Source of the DNA: Deinococcus saxicola
GTDB lineage: Bacteria; Deinococcota; Deinococci; Deinococcales; Deinococcaceae
DNA: 24,000 bases
Assembly: GCF_050341015.1 (NCBI RefSeq)
Contig: NZ_JBNADV010000007.1
Span: forward strand, 17,168 to 41,167
Direction: 5' to 3'
A program made the position numbers and the translations under genes. The notes under the pieces are model-generated. The model made no database searches. It was not told the DNA's origin and worked only from the letters and a program-made list of their open reading frames with translations. This document shows positions 1-11,628 of the stretch, piece by piece; position 1 is the first letter of the stretch; the number at the start of each line of letters is the position of its first letter.

Positions 1-157
1 ATCAGTTCACCCATGCCGTAAGGCGTGTCGCCGCTTTCCAGCAGGTTCACATTGATCTGCGGCGTCTCGCGCAGGGTCAGCAGCGGGTAGGTGTCGAAGT
101 TGGACGACTCGATCATGCCGTTCCTGACGGTCAATGCCTCGCGCAATGTGGAACTCA

Positions 158-291
158 TACGGACTCCGTCTGTTTCGTTAACAAACTGGGAAAACGCCAG
201 TTTGCCAACTCCACGCCCGGAACCCGTTCTTCTCATTCTCGCTCCGCTCGGACATTCATCGTTTTTGCAAACGATTCAATCGGAGTCCGTA
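158..291 (+). mobile_element. MITE-like small non-coding repeat (SNR-type), copy 1, variant A, 134 bp
   Basis: Termini TACGGACTCCG...CGGAGTCCGTA form a perfect 11-nt TIR. Internal hairpins are CAAACTGG-n7-CCAGTTTG and TCGTTT-n4-AAACGA. The core TCCACGCCCGGAACCCGTT is shared with all other copies. Flanked by TCA (155-157) and TCA (292-294). Confidence 0.9.
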
Positions 292-597
292 TCAGGCCCA
301 TGACCACCGAACCCTCGGCCTGCATTTTCGCGCCCTGAGGATTGATCACCATGCCCGGATCGACGGCCACGCTCGTGCGGTGAACGCGCGCCTGACCATT
401 TTCCACCGAGACCTCGGCCACCTCTTCGCTGGCGGTGTTCACGTCCAGACCGCACGCAATCCCACACGCCCGGCCTGCGGGAAGAGGCGTGCGCCAGCCA
501 GCGCATTCAGCGGCTTGTTCCAGCACAGCAGGCAGCCGCTGACCGTCCTCTGTATCGGGCAGGTTTTTCAGGCAGCGTCCACTCATCCTGCTTGCCT

Positions 598-618
598 TCC
601 ACGACTTTCCACGACTTT
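598..618. repeat. 10-bp tandem duplication (TCCACGACTT x2) inside the Mo-subunit remnant
   Basis: 598-607 and 608-617 are identical. A 10-nt insertion shifts the frame. Without it the minus strand reads ...TLTYGKVVEGKQDEWTLPEKPA. Confidence 0.8.
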
Positions 619-698
619 GCCGTAGGTCAGGGTGTTGCGCCGTCCAGCGATAAAGAATTGGCCGCCCACCGCCGTCAAACGCTTAGCGGGCACACTCA

Positions 699-853
699 TA
701 CGGACTCCGATTGAATCGTCTGTAAAAACGATGAACACCCGAGCGGACCTGCAAAGCTGCGAAGCAGAGCGAGAATGAGAAGAGCGGATTCCGGGCGTAG
801 AGTTGACATACTGGCGTTTACCCTATTTGTTAACGAAACAGACGGAATCCGTA
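699..853 (-). mobile_element. MITE-like repeat, copy 2, variant A with about 21-nt internal insertion (155 bp)
   Basis: Same TIRs and core as copy 1 in opposite orientation, with extra CCTGCAAAGCTGCGAAGCAG-type segment next to the core. Flanked by TCA (696-698) and TTA (854-856). Confidence 0.85.
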
Positions 854-856
854 TTA

Positions 857-990
857 TACGGACTCCGATTGAAAGGTGTTGAAAACACCTGGAAATCCGA
901 GCAGAGCGAGAAGGAAAAGAACGGGTTCCGGACGTGGAGTGGAGGAATCGGAGCTGTCCCGATTTCTACACGAAACAAACGGAATCCGTA
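857..990 (-). mobile_element. MITE-like repeat, copy 3, variant B, 134 bp
   Basis: Same TIRs and core, but both hairpin modules are replaced: AGGTGTT-gaa-AACACCT and GAATCGG-n7-CCGATTTC. Flanked by TTA (854-856) and TTA (991-993). Confidence 0.9.
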
Positions 991-993
991 TTA

Positions 994-1268
994 CATGGCC
1001 CGGCAGGCACTACCCGCACTGGAGGGGATTTCCCACGAATGTCTGCTGAGCGGAGTGCAGCGTTACCGCGCCGTCCCGCCCGGTCTTTGCCAGCCCCTCC
1101 AGGGTGGTCACCGCTGTCCAAGCCACACGCGCCATGGAGATCAGGCAATGCGCGTCACCTGACCATCCGCCAGCACCGTGCAACTGCCGCACAGGCCGAT
1201 AGCGCAGCCAGAGCGCCAGAGAGCGTGCCAGTCAGCCCCAGCTCACTGCGCAGCACCCATCGCAGCAA
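994..1268 (-). pseudogene. Remnant of a [2Fe-2S] small subunit (IorA/CoxS-like), truncated at both ends with frameshifts and a nonsense codon
   Basis: Three minus-strand frames together spell LLRWVLRSELGLTGT / GCAIGLCGSCTVLADGQVTR / CLISMARVAWTAVTTLEGLAKT...LHSAQQTFVGNPLQCG-TAG-CLPGHV. This is the conserved order of the plant-type ferredoxin and QCGYC motifs of this family. The 5' end abuts the cox terminator and the 3' end abuts repeat copy 3. Confidence 0.65.
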
Positions 1269-1275
1269 AACATGG

Positions 1276-1304
1276 AGAAAACCCCCCTCCAAAACGGAAA
1301 GGGG
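1276..1304 (-). terminator. Rho-independent terminator after coxM
   Basis: Minus strand reads CCCCTTTCC-gtttt-GGAGGGGGG followed by TTTTC, about 50 nt after the coxM stop. Confidence 0.6.
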
Positions 1305-1356
1305 CACTGAGAATTAAGCTGAGCAGGCGTTCGACCACCGCCCAGCGGAAGGTTCC

Positions 1357-2151
1357 TCAGCCCAGGCGTTTGGCCGCCCGGTCCGACAGCACATCCACCA
1401 GATGCGCGCGGTAGTCGGCGCTGGCGAAGCGGTCCCCCAGCAGGTGTGCGCCCTCCACCAGTCCGGTTCCGGCGTCTTGCCCAGCGTTCAGGCGCTCTTC
1501 TAGTTTGGGCAGACGCGCCGCCTTCTCTGCCGCCCCGGTGTATGCCGCGCGAATCTGGCCGTCCGCGTGACGGGCCATCGCCACGCCCACGATGGCGTAA
1601 TGGCTCGCTGGGTGGCGGTATTTCTCGTACACGCTGGCCGTAATCCCTTTGGGAATGCGGATATGGGTCAGCAGCTCGCCCGCCTGCACGGCGCTCTCGA
1701 ACATGCCCAGGAACATCTCGTCGGCGCCCACGGTGCGCTCGCCGCCCATGCCGCGAATGATGAACTCCGCGCCGGTAGCCAGCGCCGCCGCCGGGTAATC
1801 CGCGCTGGGATCGGCATGGGCCAACGAGCCGCCGATGGTTCCCCGGTTGCGGACCATCGGATCGCCCACCCAGCCCGCCACTTCGGGAAAGAGGGGAATA
1901 TTGCTCCGCACCACATCGGCATGCGTGGTCATCGCGCCCACCACGTAGAAGTCGCCGTCTTCCTTAATGCCCTTCAGTTCTTCCAGATTAAAGATGTCCA
2001 GCAACGCGGGCGGCTGCGCCAGACGGAGCTTCATGGCGGGCAGCAGCGAATGCCCCCCGGCAATGATCTTTAATTCGGGATTGTTGGCCATCGCCTTGAG
2101 GGCGTCATCAACGCTGGCAGCTTTCTGATAATCGAAATTGGCTGGATACAT
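1357..2151 (-). CDS. coxM: FAD-binding medium subunit of a CO-dehydrogenase/xanthine-dehydrogenase-family hydroxylase (CoxM-like), 264 aa
   Basis: MYPANFDYQKAASVDDALKAM...IIAGGHSLLPAMKLRLAQP is the FAD-binding-5 pattern. Start moved to the ATG at 2151 because AAAGGGAGG lies 6 nt upstream. Third gene of an S-L-M operon. Confidence 0.85.
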   Translation of the reverse strand: MYPANFDYQKAASVDDALKAMANNPELKIIAGGHSLLPAMKLRLAQPPALLDIFNLEELKGIKEDGDFYVVGAMTTHADVVRSNIPLFPEVAGWVGDPMVRNRGTIGGSLAHADPSADYPAAALATGAEFIIRGMGGERTVGADEMFLGMFESAVQAGELLTHIRIPKGITASVYEKYRHPASHYAIVGVAMARHADGQIRAAYTGAAEKAARLPKLEERLNAGQDAGTGLVEGAHLLGDRFASADYRAHLVDVLSDRAAKRLG

Positions 2152-2169
2152 GTTTGCCTCCCTTTGGTC

Positions 2170-2280
2170 GGCGTCTAACGGTCTAAGGGTCAAACCGTCT
2201 AACCGCTTAAAAGCTCAAGAACTCCTACTCAGTCTTCTTTTTGCGGTTAGACCTTTAGACAGTTAGACCGTTTGACAGCC
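2170..2280. repeat. Intercistronic long imperfect palindrome made of octamer arrays (coxL-coxM spacer)
   Basis: The left arm is four tandem octamers: GTCTAACG GTCTAAGG GTCAAACC GTCTAACC (2173-2204). The right arm holds their complements: GGTTAGAC CTTTAGAC AGTTAGAC CGTTTGAC (2245-2276). The loop is 36 nt. About 31 of 37 arm positions are complementary. Confidence 0.75.
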
Positions 2281-2281
2281 C

Positions 2282-4678
<2,397 letters not shown>

Positions 4679-4696
4679 CTTTATTCCCTCCGGGAA

Positions 4697-4780
4697 GATG
4701 ATGGTTGAAAGGAAATGGTTAATGGAGAACGGCGAATGGTCTTTCTGTTTCCATCAACCATCAACCTTTGACCATCAACC
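4697..4780. repeat. Intercistronic imperfect palindrome made of heptamer arrays (coxS-coxL spacer)
   Basis: The right arm is CATCAAC CATCAAC CTTTGAC CATCAAC (4752-4779). The left arm is GATGATG GTTGAAA GGAAATG GTTAATG (4697-4724). The arms are roughly 70 percent complementary with a 16-nt loop. Confidence 0.65.
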
Positions 4781-4782
4781 CC

Positions 4783-5277
<495 letters not shown>

Positions 5278-5599
5278 GGGTGCCTCCTGCCGAAGCTGGC
5301 TCAGGTGAGTGGAGATGCCGGGTAAAAATGAGGTGGACGCCAGCCGGGGGCGTCTTGTCTGGATTGTCTGACCGTTCATATTCAAGCACACAACGCTGGG
5401 GCCGCGCTGTACTCCAGCGCCCACCTGTACGGCCCTGCCTGCTGGACGGCTCAGAGCAGGTACGGGCGCGTAGATCACGGTCCGCCGCCAGATGCACGAA
5501 CCCTGCCAGATGATCAGACAACGGTTGCCCGGGGTACAGCTCTGTCTCAGAGACGGTGTACAATTGTTCAAAGCTGGTTTACTGTCCAGTACCTCAACT

Positions 5600-5615
5600 C
5601 GTGAATTCGTTCACA
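5600..5615. promoter_or_regulatory. CRP/FNR-type palindrome CGTGA-N6-TCACA directly upstream of the ndh ribosome-binding site
   Basis: CGTGAATTCGTTCACA matches TGTGA-N6-TCACA at 9 of 10 positions. AGGAG follows immediately. Confidence 0.35.
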
Positions 5616-5626
5616 GGAGTATGTCG

Positions 5627-6766
<1,140 letters not shown>

Positions 6767-6786
6767 TTTTACAGACTTTTACCTGA

Positions 6787-6812
6787 CCCCTTCCCTGTGG
6801 AGGGGGTTTTTT
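6787..6812 (+). terminator. Rho-independent terminator after ndh (shared with the convergent gene)
   Basis: CCCCTTCC-ctgt-GGAGGGGG followed by TTTTTT. Confidence 0.75.
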
Positions 6813-6816
6813 GTGG

Positions 6817-7491
6817 TCAAGTCGGCTGGTCTTCAAGCCACGGAAAGCCCCAAGTGTCAGCGGCGGCCAACATGTCGACTCGCTCCGTATCATGCATCCT
6901 TACAGGCAGAGGGAAATCTGCGGGAATCACGGGCAGGCTCCACAAGGGTTCCACGGCACCTGAATTGACCCAGTGCGGCTCCAGCACCTGGCCTATTCCA
7001 GGCCAGTGGTAGGGCGGCATCTGCCCGAAGCCTTCGGCAGATAGGACGTAGACGACACCGGGGGCCAGCAATTCGCGCGGATTGACGACTCCATTTTTAC
7101 GTGGGGCGAGGGATAGGAAATACTGCGTCTGCGTCCCCCCCTCATCGTTCCTAAGTTTCAAAGCCATGTTCAGGATGCGCTGCACTTTCGTCCGGTCCCG
7201 CAGCGCATACATCATCGCCCACAGCCCATCCGAGGCGGCATATACCCCCGTGCACTTGCTGAACTCATCCGGGCTGCGGTCCGGGGGCGTGCGCGGCTCG
7301 AAGCGCGTGATTTTTTCCTGCTGGGAGCCGTGCAGCAGATAACCCTGCTCGGTTAACCACTGCAAGAAGAGCCAGCGTGGCACGCCCTCTGGCAATAAAT
7401 CCACAGTTCTGGCTTCCCAAGCTGCCGCGAACGCCGCCAGATCGGTGTCGGTCAGGTTATGTTCCGGGGCCTCCAGCATCCAGTCGCGCAT
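6817..7491 (-). CDS. Hypothetical protein (224 aa from ATG 7491; 234 aa if TTG 7521 is used)
   Basis: Long ORF with coding-like third-position GC and no family that I recognise with confidence. TATCCT lies 6 nt upstream of ATG 7491 and there is no SD, which suggests a leaderless start. Confidence 0.6.
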   Translation of the reverse strand: MRDWMLEAPEHNLTDTDLAAFAAAWEARTVDLLPEGVPRWLFLQWLTEQGYLLHGSQQEKITRFEPRTPPDRSPDEFSKCTGVYAASDGLWAMMYALRDRTKVQRILNMALKLRNDEGGTQTQYFLSLAPRKNGVVNPRELLAPGVVYVLSAEGFGQMPPYHWPGIGQVLEPHWVNSGAVEPLWSLPVIPADFPLPVRMHDTERVDMLAAADTWGFPWLEDQPT

Positions 7492-7497
7492 GAAGAC

Positions 7498-7503
7498 AGG
7501 ATA
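7498..7503 (-). promoter_or_regulatory. -10-like TATCCT, 6 nt upstream of ATG 7491 (leaderless-type promoter)
   Basis: TANNNT hexamer at leaderless spacing, no SD. Confidence 0.3.
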
Positions 7504-7805
7504 AGTGGGCGGGGCGACCAAGCTCTAGGCCAGATGGCAGATAACGACAATCAGGGCCGCAGCCTGAGCGAGGCCCGCACCGACTGGGCCGGACGGCGCA
7601 CCGCACTGGCACGTATAGGCATAGAGCTGGTCGCTACCCGGCTCTTGCGCGTGCTGGAGCTTGGCTTCCACAGCTACCGCAAATCCGCCCGCGATCTGGA
7701 GAGCAGCAGCGAACATACCCTGTCGACGTGGTTGATCGGGGCCTTTACCGCGCCCATGACTGCCCTGCCCATCGCCAAGCTGGGTCTGACTTTCATCATC
7801 ACAAA

Positions 7806-7830
7806 AATGCCCCCCGGACTGGGGGGCATT
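7806..7830 (-). terminator. Terminator after sodA (symmetrical, could work in both directions)
   Basis: AATGCCCCCC-ggact-GGGGGGCATT is a perfect 10-bp stem with A/T runs on both sides, 16 nt after the sodA stop. Confidence 0.8.
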
Positions 7831-7845
7831 TTCAGTGAGAGGTGC

Positions 7846-8469
7846 TTACTTCGCGGCGGCGTAGCGCCTGGCCACTTCATCCCAGTTGACGACGTTCCAG
7901 AACGCTTCCAGGTAGTCGGGGCGCTTGTTCTGGTAGTTGAGGTAATAGGCGTGTTCCCACACGTCCACTCCCAGAATCGGGGTACCGCTGGTGCCGGAGA
8001 TCGCCTCGCCCATCAGGGGGTTGTCCTGATTGGCGGTGCTGACCACGGCCAGCTTGCCATTCTGAATAACCAGCCATGCCCAGCCACTGCCGAAGCGGGT
8101 CTTGGCGGCGTCCTCGAACTTCTTCTTGAAGTCGCCGAAGGAACCGAACGCGCCCTCGATGGCCGTCATCAGTTCGCCGTCCGGCTGCGTGCTGCCCTGC
8201 AGTCCCATGACGGTCCAGAACAGGCTGTGGTTGGCGTGGCCGCCCGCATTGTTGCGTAGCGCCGTCTTCTTGTCGGCGGGCACGTTGTCCAGTTTCGTGA
8301 TCAATTCCTCGACGGGCATATCGGCAAACTCGGTGCCTTCCAGCGCTTTGTTGGCGTTGTCCACATACGCCTGGTGGTGCTTATCGTGGTGGATTTCCAT
8401 GGTGCGGGTATCGATGTAGGGGGCCAGGGCGTCGTAAGCGTAGGGCAGGGGGGGAACTTGGTATGCCAT
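7846..8469 (-). CDS. sodA: Mn superoxide dismutase, 207 aa
   Basis: [45 protein letters not shown]...[33 protein letters not shown] is a full Fe/Mn-SOD pattern very close to Deinococcus SodA. AAGGAG lies upstream of the ATG at 8469. Confidence 0.95.
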   Translation of the reverse strand: MAYQVPPLPYAYDALAPYIDTRTMEIHHDKHHQAYVDNANKALEGTEFADMPVEELITKLDNVPADKKTALRNNAGGHANHSLFWTVMGLQGSTQPDGELMTAIEGAFGSFGDFKKKFEDAAKTRFGSGWAWLVIQNGKLAVVSTANQDNPLMGEAISGTSGTPILGVDVWEHAYYLNYQNKRPDYLEAFWNVVNWDEVARRYAAAK

Positions 8470-8585
8470 AACAGTGTTGCTCCTTGCAAGCCGAAGTTGG
8501 AGGTCACGCACGGCGCGCGCACTCCCATCGGAAAAACTTGGGTCCAGCTTACGCGCCCCCCCCGCAAACCTCAGAGATCATGAAG

Positions 8586-8603
8586 TTTTAGGTTCTCCTA
8601 AAA
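8586..8603. promoter_or_regulatory. Perfect AT-rich inverted repeat TTTTAGG-ttct-CCTAAAA in the sodA/ClC divergent region
   Basis: 7-bp arms with a 4-nt spacer. It is the only AT-rich palindrome in a 170-bp divergent promoter region. Confidence 0.35.
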
Positions 8604-8681
8604 TGAGAAGCTGTCCCGTGACCGCTCCGACAAACACCAGCAAGCGCGCCCAAGGCCACTTTGCTCTAGCATGGGCCGCGT

Positions 8682-10364
<1,683 letters not shown>

Positions 10365-10366
10365 GA

Positions 10367-10387
10367 ACGGGACCGAAGGCCCGTCCC
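10367..10387. terminator. GC-rich hairpin between the convergent ClC gene and the DUF4388 remnant
   Basis: ACGGGACC-gaa-GGCCCGT (alternative GGGAC...GTCCC), with no U-tract. Confidence 0.4.
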
Positions 10388-10596
10388 CCGGCCATCGTTC
10401 AGAGAGGCAACTGACGCTGTGTGGTGTCCAGCGCCGCGACGTGGCTATATTTCTGCTCCCAGACCAGATCGCGCAGCACCCAGCCGCTGCCAGGAAAACG
10501 CAGGCCCAGCCGCAGCTCGCCCAGCAGGTAATCGCGCACGTCGTGCTGGGGCAGGCCCGCTCCGGTGGCCTCTCCCAGCGTGCGTTTGCCGTTTCA

Positions 10597-10730
10597 TACG
10601 GATTTCGTCTGTTTCGTTAACAAACTGGGAAAGCGCCAGTTTGTTAACTCCACGCCCGGAACCCGTTCTTCTCATTTTCGCTTCGCTCAGATGTTCATCG
10701 TTTTTGCAAACGATTTAATCGGAGTCCGTA
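10597..10730 (+). mobile_element. MITE-like repeat, copy 4, variant A, 134 bp
   Basis: Same architecture as copy 1. Flanked by TCA (10594-10596) and TCA (10731-10733). Confidence 0.9.
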
Positions 10731-10733
10731 TCA

Positions 10734-10867
10734 TACGGATTCCGTTTGTTTCGTGTAGAGATCGGGACGGCTCCGATCTCTACACTCCACGTCCGGAACC
10801 CGTTTTTCTCCTTCTCGCTCCCCTCGGATTTCCAGGTGTTTTCAACACCTTTCAATCGGAGGCCGTA
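10734..10867 (+). mobile_element. MITE-like repeat, copy 5, variant B, 134 bp
   Basis: Variant-B hairpins: GTGTAGAGATCGG-n7-CCGATCTCTACAC (perfect 13 bp) and AGGTGTT-ttc-AACACCT. Flanked by TCA (10731-10733) and TCA (10868-10870). Confidence 0.9.
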
Positions 10868-11483
10868 TCAGGTGACGGGCCACCGGATGAACCCTGGCGC
10901 GCGGCCCGGCAGGCTGGAGCCGCAGCCGGTCCCACTCGTAGCGGTCCAGCGGCCACAGCCGTCCCTGTTTGAGCGCGCCCACCACCATCTGCGCGGCCTG
11001 GAACACCGGAATATCCAGCTCCCTGGCCGCACCACGCACCGAACTGCCGTTCTGGCCGTCGAAAGGAAACAGGTCGCCCTGAAAGCAGCGGCTGGGGCTG
11101 ACGATAGCCTCGCAGACCTTTTCCCATTCGTCGCTAACTCGCGCCCAGTCGGTGGTCAGGTGGCCGTAGGGTCCCAGCGGCTGCCCCGCCACCAGACAGT
11201 GCGTGAAGTCGAAGGTGCCGCTTTCCGGCAGCAGCGGGCTGGCATACAGCGCGTCCAGCCCCATCCAATCCAGGATGCCGCCCGAGATGATCTCGCCGGA
11301 AACGAAGGTCACGGTATACGGCACCTCAGCCCGGACGTCCAGCACGCCAGTTTGCCGCGTGGTGTGGATCAGTTCCAGAATGCCCAGCAATGGTAGGTCC
11401 TCGAGAAGTCCCTGCATCAATGTGAGCAAATCAGCACTGTCCGTCTCACGATTCTCGCACCTGGGAGGCCAGGGCCAGCTTTA

Positions 11484-11628
11484 TCCAATTCCGTTTGCAA
11501 CCCGGCCTGTAACCCAGCGGGAATCGGGGCAACATCGATTCCCGCACTTTCCTGCACTCCACATCCGGCACCCGCCTTTCTGCTGCTCGCATCTGCTCGG
11601 ATCAACCCGTTTTTGGTGTCAATGGCAC
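11484..11628 (+). repeat. Decayed variant-B-like copy of the same repeat (copy 9)
   Basis: Recognisable blocks appear in the right order: AATTCCGTTTG, GAATCGGGGCAACATCGATTC hairpin, ACTCCACATCCGGCACCCGCCTTTCTGCTGCTCGC core, then GGAT...GTTTTTGGTGTCAATGG. The TIRs are eroded. Confidence 0.5.

Larger units (their letters stand above)
1..698 (-). pseudogene. Remnant of the molybdopterin-binding subunit of an IorB/aldehyde-oxidase-type hydroxylase (C-terminal part only, interrupted, continues past window start)
   Basis: Minus-strand frames give LPAVLEQAAECAGWRTPLPAGRACGIA...VAEVSVENGQARVHRTSVAVDPGMVINPQGAKMQAEGSVVMGL (586-295). Beyond the repeat they give SSTLREALTVRNGMIESSNFDTYPLLTLRETPQINVNLLESGDTPYGMGEL (154-1). 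Both are typical of the C-terminal region of this family. The stretch 698-587 is in another frame, and most of the N-terminal half is absent. Confidence 0.6.
10399..11417 (-). pseudogene. DUF4388-domain protein gene split by two adjacent repeat elements
   Basis: The N-part (11417-10871) reads MQGLLEDLPLLGILELIHTTRQTGVLDVRAEVPYTVTFVSGEIISGG...ESGTFDF, which is the DUF4388 pattern. It runs into the repeat and stops inside it. A 64-codon high-GC3 frame without a start lies on the far side (10593-10402, stop 10401-10399): NGKRTLGEATGAGLPQHDVRDYLLGELRLGLRFPGSGWVLRDLVWEQKYSHVAALDTTQRQLPL. Confidence 0.6.

Noticed and set aside
91-1317. ORF-track entries that read through the repeats (91-303, 803-1162, 934-1317; likewise 10419-10718, 10565-10972, 13082-13576, 14303-14629) and share peptides such as TPRPEPVLL and FLQTIQSESV
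   Set aside because: They are translations of the repeat itself in various frames and orientations, with no starts or RBS and no consistent frame between copies. The shared peptides only reflect nucleotide repetition.
7522-7845. Coding-like 320-bp gap between the hypothetical gene and sodA. The + frame from ATG 7533 contains LSEARTDWAGRRTAL, faintly like the DUF202/YidH ERT..A..RT.L motif. A minus ORF 7525-7716 (63 aa) ends 3 nt before the TTG at 7521.
   Set aside because: The + frame has no stop before the sodA terminator and continues antisense through sodA. The motif match is weak and the following segment is too charged for the expected TM helix. The minus ORF has no RBS or -10 and no recognisable features. 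It may be a gene remnant, but I cannot support a call.
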